A stretch of DNA of 64,000 nucleotides, taken from NCBI GenBank assembly GCA_963704725.1, contig OY969934.1:3386993-3450992 (forward strand), in the 5' to 3' direction. Below, piece by piece: positions 46,493 through 55,040 of this stretch; the stretch's first letter is position 1, and every line of letters begins with the position of its first letter. Made by a program: the position numbers and the translations under genes. The DNA is from an uncultured Actinomycetes bacterium (GTDB lineage: Bacteria > Actinomycetota > UBA4738 > HRBIN12). Below the pieces are notes generated by a model. That model worked only from the letters and a program-made list of their open reading frames with translations. It did no database searches and was not told the origin of the DNA.

Positions 46493-47785
46493 GTGAAGAG
46501 GCTCGGACCGGTCGCCCGAGCGGTGCTGACGTTCGCGCTCCTGGGGCTCGTGGTCCTCGCGCTGGTCGGGGTCGCGGGGACCCTGGTGCTCCGCCGCCTC
46601 GCCACCGATCAGGCCCTGGCGCAGGCGCGCGACTTCACGGACTTCTCCGCTCGCGTCGTCGAGCGGCGGCTCACCGACGGCCTGCTCACCGGAGACGCCG
46701 AGGCGACCCTCGCCATCGCCTCGGTCGTCCACGACGCCGTCCTGTTCGACCCGGTCGTTCGCGTGAAGATCTGGACCGAGGACGGCGAGATCGTGTACTC
46801 GGACGAGTCCCGCCTCATCGGCGAGAGCTACGCCCTGGGCGCCGACGAGCGGGAGGCGATCGAGGGGGGCGGCGTCACGGCGGAGGTGTCCGACCTCGGC
46901 CGGCCCGAGAACCGGTTCGAGCGGGGCTTCGGGGACCTCCTCGAGGTCTACACCTCGATCGAGACCACCCCGAGCCACACACCCCTGCTCTTCGAGACCT
47001 ACCAGCGGTCCTCGAGCATCGACCGCAGCCAGGCCGACCTCCTGGCCACGTTCGCCCCCGTGCTCGTCGTCGCGCTCGTCGCGTTCGCGGCGATCGAGAT
47101 CCCTCTCGCCTGGGCGCTCGCCCGGCGGGTGAGCCGGGCGCAGCTCGACCGGGCGCGCTTCCTCCAACGCGCGGTGGACGCCTCCGACCGCGAGCGTCGC
47201 CGGATCGCCGGCGACCTGCACGACGGACCGGTTCAGGATCTGGTCGGGCTCTCGATGCGCCTGTCCGCGGCGGCCGAGGGCGTGCGGGACGACGGGACGC
47301 GGGCCAGGCTCGGCGAGGCGGCCGCGGCGGCGCGGGCGAGCGTGCGGACCCTCCGCTCGGCCATCGTCGGGGTGTATCCGCCGAACCTGCAGCAGGCCGG
47401 GCTCGGCCCCGCGCTGTCCGACCTCACGGCCCGGCTGCAGCAGGAGGGCCTCCGGGTCGAGCTCGACGTCGACCCACCGACGGGCTTCGACCCCGAGGTC
47501 GACGAGCTCCTGTACCGCGCCTGCCAGGAGGCCCTGCGGAACGTCGTGGCCCACGCCCACGCGAACGGCGTCCGCGTGCAGGTCCGGCGCGAGGGTTCGC
47601 GGGCGGTCCTCGAGGTCGCGGACGACGGCCGAGGCGTCGCGCCGGAGGAAGTTGCGCGCGCCCGCGGCGAAGGGCACGTGGGTCTGCAGATCCTCGAGGA
47701 GCTGGTCCGCGATGCGGGCGGTTCCCTCGGGATCGAGCCGGCCGAGGGCGGCGGTACGGTGGTGCGCGTGGAGGTTCCGGCGTGA
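46493..47785 (+). CDS. HisKA_3 (NarX-type) sensor kinase
   Basis: 2 TM helices around an extracellular domain, ERRRIAGDLHDGPVQ, QEALRNVVAHA, DDGRG, GHVGL. Leaderless TACCAT-N6-GTG. Confidence 0.92.
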   Translation: MKRLGPVARAVLTFALLGLVVLALVGVAGTLVLRRLATDQALAQARDFTDFSARVVERRLTDGLLTGDAEATLAIASVVHDAVLFDPVVRVKIWTEDGEIVYSDESRLIGESYALGADEREAIEGGGVTAEVSDLGRPENRFERGFGDLLEVYTSIETTPSHTPLLFETYQRSSSIDRSQADLLATFAPVLVVALVAFAAIEIPLAWALARRVSRAQLDRARFLQRAVDASDRERRRIAGDLHDGPVQDLVGLSMRLSAAAEGVRDDGTRARLGEAAAAARASVRTLRSAIVGVYPPNLQQAGLGPALSDLTARLQQEGLRVELDVDPPTGFDPEVDELLYRACQEALRNVVAHAHANGVRVQVRREGSRAVLEVADDGRGVAPEEVARARGEGHVGLQILEELVRDAGGSLGIEPAEGGGTVVRVEVPA

Positions 47786-48411
47786 CCATCCGAGTGGCCA
47801 TCGCCGACGACCACCGCGTCGTCCGGGTCGGCCTCGAACAGCTCTTGGCGACGTTCGACGACGTCGAGCTGGTCGGCTCCGCGGACGGCGGCGAGACGGC
47901 GGTCACCCTCTGCCTCGCCGAGGTTCCCGACGTCGTGCTCCTGGACCTCTCGATGCCGGACCTCGACGGCGTCGAGGTCACCAAACGCCTCTCGGCGGCG
48001 GGCTCGCCCGTACGGATCGTGGTCTTCACGTCGTTCTCCGACCGGGAGCGGATCGTGCAGGCGCTCGACGCCGGGGCCATCGGCTACCTGCTCAAGGACG
48101 CGGAGCCTGAGGAGATCCACGGGGCGATCCGCGCCGCGGCGCGGGGCGAGGCGCCGCTCGCCCCGAAGGCGGCGGCCGCCCTCCTCGCCGAGCGGAGCGC
48201 CCGGCCCACGCCGGTCGACCTCACGGCGCGGGAGCGCGAGGTGCTCGGCCTCGTCGTCGCGGGGATGGCCAACAAGCAGATCGCCCGGCGGCTCGGCATC
48301 AGCGAGAAGACCGTGAAGGGACACCTCACCAACCTGTTCCAGCGGATCGGGGTCGCCGATCGAACCCAGGCGGCGCTGTGGGCTGAGCGCACCGGCGCAC
48401 TGCGCGACTAG
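47782..48411 (+). CDS. NarL/LuxR-family response regulator
   Basis: IADDH, LLDLSMP, GYLLKD, LTAREREVL..G.ANKQIA..L.ISEKTVK. Confidence 0.95.
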   Translation: MTIRVAIADDHRVVRVGLEQLLATFDDVELVGSADGGETAVTLCLAEVPDVVLLDLSMPDLDGVEVTKRLSAAGSPVRIVVFTSFSDRERIVQALDAGAIGYLLKDAEPEEIHGAIRAAARGEAPLAPKAAAALLAERSARPTPVDLTAREREVLGLVVAGMANKQIARRLGISEKTVKGHLTNLFQRIGVADRTQAALWAERTGALRD

Positions 48412-48434
48412 GTCCCGGGACCAAGGTCGCGTTG
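48404..48434. promoter_or_regulatory. Putative NarL-type operator 1
   Basis: GCGAC-TAG-GTCCC-GGGAC-CAAG-GTCGC-GTTG with perfect palindrome GGTCCCGGGACC at 48411-48422. Confidence 0.65.
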
Positions 48435-48466
48435 CCGACGAACGCGACCGCCCTCACCCTTGAACC

Positions 48467-48853
48467 GTGCGTGCGAGAGCCCGATCCCTGTGCCTGTCCC
48501 TCGTGGCCGCCCTGATGCTCGCGGTCCCGGCCGTACCCGCTCGGGCCGGCCAGGACGAGGTTCGAGGGACGTGCATCGGCGGTCCCGGTGAGTGGCGCCT
48601 GAAGGTCGCTCGCGAGGATGGGTCGAGGCTCCGCGTCCGGTTCGAGATCGAGCACGGCGCCCCGTCGGAGACGTGGCAGCTCTTCGTCTCGGACGACGGC
48701 CTCCGGGTCTTCGCCGGCACCAAGGTCGCCGACGACGGTGGGAGCGTCCGGGTGCGGACGACGACCGCGGACCGCGACGGACACGACCGCGTGAAGGCCA
48801 CGGCCGTCAACGTGGACACCGGCGCGACCTGCTCGGGCTCGCTCCGCTACTGA
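48467..48853 (+). CDS. Small secreted beta-rich protein, paralog A
   Basis: Signal peptide ending ARA; mature part has one Cys near each end. Confidence 0.85.
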   Translation: MRARARSLCLSLVAALMLAVPAVPARAGQDEVRGTCIGGPGEWRLKVAREDGSRLRVRFEIEHGAPSETWQLFVSDDGLRVFAGTKVADDGGSVRVRTTTADRDGHDRVKATAVNVDTGATCSGSLRY

Positions 48854-48880
48854 CCGGGTCCCGGGACCGTCGTCCCGTTG
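48850..48880. promoter_or_regulatory. Putative NarL-type operator 2
   Basis: CTGAC-CGG-GTCCC-GGGAC-CGTC-GTCCC-GTTG with the same palindrome at 48857-48868. Confidence 0.65.
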
Positions 48881-48955
48881 TAACCGCGACCGCGCAACCG
48901 CGAATCTCCTCGCAGACGCCGGACAGGCCGGCGGATCGAACGAAGGAGGTCCACG

Positions 48956-49339
48956 ATGAAGCGGATCCTGGGAGTCGCCCTCGCCGGCGCGCTCGCCCTG
49001 TCGGTCGCCGGCGCCGTGCCGGCGATGGCGAAGGACGGCGACGTTATCGCCCGCGGCGCCTGCAGCGGCAGCGCCGACTGGAAGCTCAAGCTGTCGCCCG
49101 AGGACGGGCGGATCGAGGTCGAGTACGAGGTGGACTCGAACGTGAACGGACAGACCTGGAAGGTGAAGATCTTCCAGAACGGGAACCGGGTCTTCAAGGG
49201 CAACCGCACGACCTCGGGCCCGAGCGGCTCGTTCGAGGTTCGGACGGTCGCCTCCGATCAGGCCGGGGCGGACGACTTCACCGCTCGGGCCAGGAACCTG
49301 GGCACGGGCGAGACCTGCGGAGGGAGCGCCAGCTTCTGA
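48956..49339 (+). CDS. Small secreted beta-rich protein, paralog B
   Basis: SD AAGGAGG, signal peptide ending AMA; RG.C..W.LK...EDG...TW...N..TG.TC pattern shared with paralog A. Confidence 0.9.
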   Translation: MKRILGVALAGALALSVAGAVPAMAKDGDVIARGACSGSADWKLKLSPEDGRIEVEYEVDSNVNGQTWKVKIFQNGNRVFKGNRTTSGPSGSFEVRTVASDQAGADDFTARARNLGTGETCGGSASF

Positions 49340-49360
49340 CCGCCAGTACCGTCGAGATCC

Positions 49361-49394
49361 GAGGGGGCGCCGAAGGGCGTCCCCTCTTCTCGTT
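49361..49394 (+). terminator. Intrinsic terminator
   Basis: GAGGGGGCGCC-GAAG-GGCGTCCCCTC followed by TTCTCGTT. Confidence 0.75.
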
Positions 49395-49411
49395 CTGGTT
49401 CTGGGCGCCGA

Positions 49412-51499
49412 TCACGAGCCGGCGGTGGTCACGGGCACCCGGCCTGCGACCGTCGTCCCCTGCCCCGGCGCGCTGCGGACCTCGAGCGAGCCGTTGATCG
49501 CGTCGAGGCGGTCCGCCATCCCCTGCAGACCGGAGCCGAACGTCGTCGAGCTCGGATCGAACCCCGACCCGTCGTCCTCGACCTCGAAGTCCAGGTCGCC
49601 GTTCCGGGCGGACAAGCGCACGCGCGCCCGCGTCGCATTCGCGTACTTCGCCACGTTCTGTAGCGCCTCCAGACAGCAGAAGTAGACGGCCGCCTCGACC
49701 TCCTGGGGATACCGGGCGAGTTCGACGGCCTCCACCTCCACCGGCACCGCGGCCTTGCGAGCCTGCGCGGACAGCGCCGCCTCGAGCCCCCGGTCGGCCA
49801 GGAGCGGCGGGTAGATGCCGCGGGCCAGGTCTCGCAGGGTCTCGAGCGCCTCCTGCGTGTCGGCCCGGATCCCCGCGAGGAGCTCCCTGGCCTTGTCCGG
49901 GTCCTTCGAGATCAGGTCCTCGGCCAGCCGCTGCCTCACCGCGAGGGCGATGAGCTGCTGCTGGGCGCCGTCGTGCAGGTTCCGCTCGAGGGCCTTGGCC
50001 CGAGCGTCCTGCGCGGCGACGATCCGGCGGCGCGACTCGCGGAGCTCCTCGATGAGCCGCACGTTCCGGAGCACGAGCGCCGTGTGCCCCGCGACGTCGG
50101 TGAGGAGCCCCTCGCGGTCCCCGGAGAGGGGATCGTTCGGCGGCATGACCACCGTGATCGCGCCGAGGAGCTCGCCCCCGTGCCGGACCGGGAACGCCCG
50201 CTCGCCCGGAGCGAACGCCGGCAGCTCGCGGCCGGCCATCGGAATGGGGGCGAGCGAGCGATCGGCCGGCCACGCGGCGGCGGACCGCAGCTCCGAGCTC
50301 ACGACGAGCCAGACCGTCGCCGACGTCGCCCCGGTTCCGTCGGCGAGGATCCGGACCATGCGCGGCAGCACGTCCTCGCTGTCGTACGTCCCCGCCGCGC
50401 GCTCGGAGAACACGGCCAGCACCTCGTAGGGCGTGGCGCGACGGCCGTAGACGAGCCGGTTCGCCAGGCGCCGCGCCCAGGACCGCACCGGCTGGAACGC
50501 CACGGCCACGAGCGCGGCGGCGCCGGCAGAGAGCAGCGGATTCCGCCGGTTGCCGGCGAGCGTCCCCACCCCGGCGACGAGTCCGACGTAGACGACCGTG
50601 ATGAACGCCACGAGCGTCGCGAACACCACCGTCTTGCGGATCACGACGTCGATCTCGAACAGGCGGTACCTCAGGACGGCGATGCCGATCGCCACGTACA
50701 GGAACAGCAGGGAGACCGAGATGGCCACCGAGAGCGGCGTCGCGTCACCGAACGGCAGCCCCAGGCTGAACGACACGGCCACGAACGCGGCTGCGGTCGC
50801 GACCCACTTCAGCTGGAGCCGCTCCTCCCCGGTAGAGCGGACGAACCGAAGCGCCACGGACCAGAACGAGGCGATCATGGCGATCGGGATCCCGATGGTG
50901 GATACGACGAAGAGCGTGGTGAGCGCCGCGCCGGCGAAGCCCGAGATCTTCAGCTGGTCGATCGAGATCGGGTCCCGCCAGGTCGCCGTGGCCGCGACGA
51001 GGGACGCCAGGACGAGCACGCCCGTGATGGCGACGGTCAGCCACTGCACGGGCCTCCACCGCGGCGACCTGACCCCGCCCGTGGGGAACCACAGGAACAG
51101 CATCGGCAGCGCCCCGATGGGGATCGGCCACAGCCAGTTCCCGAGCCAGCCGAAGAACAGGGCGGCCGGCAGAGATCCGGGTTCCACCCGCAGTGCGTGC
51201 GCCGCGTACGCGCTCCCGAACTGGGTCATCCCGAGGGCGAAGCCGGCCGCGAGGAACACCCATCCGATCCGGTTCTCTGGACGCCGGAGCGCGAGGACCA
51301 TGCCGATCACGGGGACCCCGACGTTCACGGAGACGTCGAGGACGTCCGGCAGCGACCACGCCGGGACGTTCGAAGGCACGGTTCGGGATCGGTCGACGAA
51401 CATGATGACCAGGGTCCCGAGCATGGCCGCGATCGAGACCGTGCCCACCGACCAGACCGCCACGCGCCGGGCCGTCCCCCGCGCTGCCGACTCGCTCAT
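49412..51499 (-). CDS. Multi-TM GAF-containing HisKA_3 sensor kinase (orphan)
   Basis: About 9 TM helices, LRYRLFEID, GAF, LERNLHDGAQQ, LARGIYPPLL, EALQNVAKYA, DDGSGF. Confidence 0.92.
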   Translation of the reverse strand: MSESAARGTARRVAVWSVGTVSIAAMLGTLVIMFVDRSRTVPSNVPAWSLPDVLDVSVNVGVPVIGMVLALRRPENRIGWVFLAAGFALGMTQFGSAYAAHALRVEPGSLPAALFFGWLGNWLWPIPIGALPMLFLWFPTGGVRSPRWRPVQWLTVAITGVLVLASLVAATATWRDPISIDQLKISGFAGAALTTLFVVSTIGIPIAMIASFWSVALRFVRSTGEERLQLKWVATAAAFVAVSFSLGLPFGDATPLSVAISVSLLFLYVAIGIAVLRYRLFEIDVVIRKTVVFATLVAFITVVYVGLVAGVGTLAGNRRNPLLSAGAAALVAVAFQPVRSWARRLANRLVYGRRATPYEVLAVFSERAAGTYDSEDVLPRMVRILADGTGATSATVWLVVSSELRSAAAWPADRSLAPIPMAGRELPAFAPGERAFPVRHGGELLGAITVVMPPNDPLSGDREGLLTDVAGHTALVLRNVRLIEELRESRRRIVAAQDARAKALERNLHDGAQQQLIALAVRQRLAEDLISKDPDKARELLAGIRADTQEALETLRDLARGIYPPLLADRGLEAALSAQARKAAVPVEVEAVELARYPQEVEAAVYFCCLEALQNVAKYANATRARVRLSARNGDLDFEVEDDGSGFDPSSTTFGSGLQGMADRLDAINGSLEVRSAPGQGTTVAGRVPVTTAGS

Positions 51500-51601
51500 G
51501 CGCGCGATTGTGCGCTCTCCGAACGCCGCTGTTGAGCGGGCTCTCCGAACAACCCGAGGGCGCCACCCTCCCCGCTCCGGAGGGTGCCTGCTCCCCCGGG
51601 C

Positions 51602-51946
51602 TCAGTTGCCGTACTGCCGGGTCTCGGGCTTCTCGAGCATGAGGACGTGCGCAGCGTGCTCGGCCACCGGGCGATGCCGAAGACCTCGGGGCACGACGAA
51701 GACGTCGCCCGCCGCCAGGTCGACGGCTTCGCGCCCCTCGAGCTCGATCCGGAAGGATCCATCCCAGCACAGGAACAGCTCGTCCTCGTCGTGGTGGTGC
51801 CAGGGGAACTCGCCCTCGAGCCGCGCTGCGCGAACGACGGCGTCGTTCACCGCGACGACGTCCCGGGGCTGCCACGGCCCGGGGAGAGAGGCGAGCAGCG
51901 GGTCGATGGAGATCGGCGCGTCCGAGCCGGTGTGGTCCTCGCCCAT
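51602..51946 (-). CDS. Cupin domain protein
   Basis: WQPRDVVAVND, GEFPWHHHDEDELF, FVVPRGLRHRP; ATG 51946 after -10 TACCCT. Confidence 0.9.
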   Translation of the reverse strand: MGEDHTGSDAPISIDPLLASLPGPWQPRDVVAVNDAVVRAARLEGEFPWHHHDEDELFLCWDGSFRIELEGREAVDLAAGDVFVVPRGLRHRPVAEHAAHVLMLEKPETRQYGN

Positions 51947-52017
51947 GGAGCCGCGAGGGTAGCACCGGGGCCGGCGTCCTCGGCGGGCGCCGGCCCCGTC
52001 CTCGGCGGCCGAGCCTC

Positions 52018-52230
52018 CTAGTGCTGCGCGGCCCGCTTCACGAAGCCTCGGAGGGCCCGCAGTCGGTCCGCCGAGAGCGCGACGATGGCGTACCCACCCG
52101 CCGCCGAACCGCCGCCCGACGCGAGGGCGATCGCAACGATCCCGCCGACGATGACCAGCGCCACCACGATGTCGATCGCGAGGCCTCGCCGGTTCCGAGT
52201 CGGTCCGTAGGTGTCGGCCATGTGAACCAC
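52018..52230 (-). CDS. Small membrane protein
   Basis: SD GGAGG, one TM helix; upstream GTTC-N14-GGGTAG resembles a SigB/SigF-type promoter. Confidence 0.6.
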   Translation of the reverse strand: MVHMADTYGPTRNRRGLAIDIVVALVIVGGIVAIALASGGGSAAGGYAIVALSADRLRALRGFVKRAAQH

Positions 52231-52308
52231 CTCCGTGTTCGGTGCCTACCCGATCGCTCCGCGGCGAACACACACGGCGAGAGCCGACGCGAGAACGCCG
52301 CCGCGGGT

Positions 52309-52335
52309 TGTCGAAACCTCCCGCTCCCGTTCGTC
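52309..52335 (+). promoter_or_regulatory. ECF42-type promoter
   Basis: TGTCGA-N17-CGTC upstream of a YciI/DGPF-like gene. Confidence 0.65.
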
Positions 52336-52385
52336 GTGGGGGCGTCGGACGGACACGGCCCACGCGGCCGGGAAGGAGACGGGAG

Positions 52386-52700
52386 ATGGCGGACTTCGTG
52401 TTCCTGTACACGGGCGGCGGCATGCCGGAGACCGAGGCGGAGGGCGCCAAGGTCATGCAGGCCTGGAACGACTGGTACGCCGAGCTCGGGTCGGCGATCA
52501 AGGACGGCGGCAACCCCTTCGGGGCGGCCAAGACCGTCGCGGCCGACGGGTCGGTGCGCGAGGGCACGCCCGGCCCCCAGGGCAGCGGCTACACGATCGT
52601 CACCGCGGACTCGCTCGACGCCGCGGCGATCCTGGCCAAGGGCTCGCCCGTCCTGCAGGGCGGCGGCGCCGTCAACGTGTACGAGATCGTCGAGATGTAG
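52386..52700 (+). CDS. YciI/DGPF-like protein
   Basis: MADFVFLY..AW..W..LG....GNPF...SGYTIV.ADSLDAA...AKG.P.....VNVYE. Confidence 0.88.
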   Translation: MADFVFLYTGGGMPETEAEGAKVMQAWNDWYAELGSAIKDGGNPFGAAKTVAADGSVREGTPGPQGSGYTIVTADSLDAAAILAKGSPVLQGGGAVNVYEIVEM

Positions 52701-52725
52701 CGACGCCGTTCGGACCGCGGGCGCC

Positions 52726-53388
52726 TCAGAGCCGCCCGCGGTCCACGCGCGTCCGCATGCGGTTCCCCACCCACGCCACCCCCGCGATCACGCCGACGAA
52801 CCCGGCCCCGATCACGACGGCGTTGATCGCCACCGCGAGCCCGCCGTCGCGCCTCGGGTCGATGAACGGGTAGGGGTACCAGTCGACGAGCGGGCCGCGC
52901 ACGAGCGTGTACGTCACCCACGCCAGCGGGAAGGCCAGCCACCACGCCGCGCGGCGAGCGGCGAGTGGGCTCGCGGGCGGATCGAGCAGCCAGTCGATCA
53001 CGATCGCGATCGGCATCACCTGGTGGAGCACCGCGTTCACCCAGGGCAGCGTGGCCTCCACCGCCGCGGGATCGCCCGACAGCAGGAGCTCGTAGACGAC
53101 CCCGGTGACCGCGAGGTACACGACCGCGGCGCCACGGATCAGGTCGACGCCCGGGCTCCGAGGCTGCATCGCCGTCACGCCGAGGAACGCGAACACGCCG
53201 AGCCCGAACAGGTTGCTGAGGATCGTGAAGAAGCTGAAGAAGTTCACCGGGTCGAACCCCGGCCGCGTCGAGATCTCGCGGAACTGCGCGACGATCGCGG
53301 CCACGACCAGCGCCGCCAGCGCGAGCCGGTACGCGGCGATCGCCCATCGACCCCACGCCTGCCGCCGCGCCGCGCCCGAGGCCTCCAC
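52726..53388 (-). CDS. Pr6Pr family membrane protein
   Basis: NFFSFFTILSN, TGVVY.LLL, LH.V.P....DW, WYPYPFIDP. Confidence 0.88.
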   Translation of the reverse strand: MEASGAARRQAWGRWAIAAYRLALAALVVAAIVAQFREISTRPGFDPVNFFSFFTILSNLFGLGVFAFLGVTAMQPRSPGVDLIRGAAVVYLAVTGVVYELLLSGDPAAVEATLPWVNAVLHQVMPIAIVIDWLLDPPASPLAARRAAWWLAFPLAWVTYTLVRGPLVDWYPYPFIDPRRDGGLAVAINAVVIGAGFVGVIAGVAWVGNRMRTRVDRGRL

Positions 53389-53494
53389 GGCGCGGACGAT
53401 ACCCGGGTGCCATGCCTGGTGCCGCCACGGGAGCTTCGGCCGTCGTTCGAGCGATCTCGCCTAGGCTGGTCCTTCGCTCGCGAGGAAGGAGCCC

Positions 53495-54457
53495 ATGACC
53501 ACGTTCGGGATGCAGATGCCGAGCTTCACGTTCGAGGGCCTGCCGACGTCCGCGCTGTTCGAACGCGTGGCCGAGACGGCGATCGCGGCGGAGGAGTCGG
53601 GGTTCGACTCCTTCTGGGTCATGGACCACTACCACCAGATCGGGACGCAGGGCCCGCCGCACGAGCCGATGCTCGAGGCGTACACGCTGCTCTCCGGTGT
53701 GGCCGCGCGTACGTCGCGGATCTCGCTCGGCGCCATGGTGACCGGCGTGACGTACCGCAACCCGGCGTTCCTGGCCAAGGTGGTCACCACGCTCGACGTC
53801 GTGTCGTCGGGCCGGGCCATCCTCGGCATCGGCGCGGCGTGGAACGAGGAGGAGTCGCGCGCGTTCGGCTACGAGTGGCCGAGCGTGAAGGAGCGCTTCG
53901 AGCGGCTCGAGGACGCGCTGCGGATCTGCCGGGCCATGTTCACGCAGGAGCGGAGCACGTTCCGGGGCACGCGCCACCACGTCGACGGCGCGTACAACGT
54001 GCCGCAGCCGGTGCAGCCCGGCGGCCCGAGGATCCTCGTCGGCGGCGGCGGCGAGCGCCGGACCCTGCGGCTCGTGGCCGGGTACGCGGACCTGTGGAAC
54101 GGGTTCGGCAGCCCCGAGGAGGTCCGGCACAAGCTCGAGGTGATCGCCGAGCACTGCCGCGACGCCGGCCGGGACCCGTCGGAGATCGTCACGACGCGCC
54201 TGGGGACGATGGCCCTCGCCGACACGATGGAGGCGGCCGAGCGGATGCGCGAGGCGTTCCAGAAGCGCCGCGGCCTCGACGACGACGCGGTCCGGGGTTC
54301 TCTCATGTGGGGCACGCCCGACGCGATCGCCGGGCGCATCCAGGAGTACCTCGACACCGGGCTGGGCGGGATGATCTTCAACTTCCCGCCGGGCGTGACG
54401 CCCGACGACGTCCGCCGAGCCGGAGCGCTGCTCACCGAACGCTTCGGCGATCGCTGA
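53495..54457 (+). CDS. LLM class (F420-dependent type) oxidoreductase
   Basis: AEESGFDSFWVMDH, PMLEAY, VTYRNPA, LDVVSSGR.ILGIGAAW, ILVGGGGE. Confidence 0.93.
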   Translation: MTTFGMQMPSFTFEGLPTSALFERVAETAIAAEESGFDSFWVMDHYHQIGTQGPPHEPMLEAYTLLSGVAARTSRISLGAMVTGVTYRNPAFLAKVVTTLDVVSSGRAILGIGAAWNEEESRAFGYEWPSVKERFERLEDALRICRAMFTQERSTFRGTRHHVDGAYNVPQPVQPGGPRILVGGGGERRTLRLVAGYADLWNGFGSPEEVRHKLEVIAEHCRDAGRDPSEIVTTRLGTMALADTMEAAERMREAFQKRRGLDDDAVRGSLMWGTPDAIAGRIQEYLDTGLGGMIFNFPPGVTPDDVRRAGALLTERFGDR

Positions 54458-54466
54458 ACGCGACCG

Positions 54467-54880
54467 TCAGGTCGCGCGCATCCGGTTGTTCCGCGGGTTG
54501 TGCTCGAGCTCGGCGAGGCCGAGCGCCTCGAGCAGCGGAGGCAGGTACATCCCGAACCGCCCGCGCAGGCCCTTCTTCAGGCCGTACCACCCGCCGACGG
54601 GGTTCCCGCTCGAGCGGCCCCACGCCTCGACGGTGCCCTCGGCCGCCGGCTTCTGCTCGTCCGCCGCGCCGAGCGGGACCCAGGCCCCGTTCGCCTTGAG
54701 CATCGCGTGCAGGTCCTCGATGCACCGCAGGTGATACCGGAGCTGGGTCTTGCCCACCTGGCACACGAGCGCCGGCGGGTCGGCCCCCTCGTCGCGCCAC
54801 ATCTCGTAGTCCGAGGTCCCCGGCGGCGTCTTCAGCTTCCAGGGATCCTCCTTGGTGCCGCTTCCCTTCGCCCCGGCCAC
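54467..54880 (-). CDS. Conserved hypothetical protein (DUF6855-like)
   Basis: GTKEDPW.LKTPPGTS, LGAADEQK, GTVEAWGRS..NPVGGWYGLKKG.RGRF; SD GGAGG before GTG. Confidence 0.82.
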   Translation of the reverse strand: MAGAKGSGTKEDPWKLKTPPGTSDYEMWRDEGADPPALVCQVGKTQLRYHLRCIEDLHAMLKANGAWVPLGAADEQKPAAEGTVEAWGRSSGNPVGGWYGLKKGLRGRFGMYLPPLLEALGLAELEHNPRNNRMRAT

Positions 54881-55040
54881 GCCGCCTCCCCTCCGTCGGA
54901 CCACCTCGAGACCACCCGGTGAGGGAGAAGCGTACCGGCGACGCATGTCCGACGAATGGCCCTCTGGCGCGCCGGCGCCGACCGGTCTATTCCTCTGTCT
55001 CTGCCCGCCCGCGGTGTGAGCGTCGCCACGGGAGGGCGCC

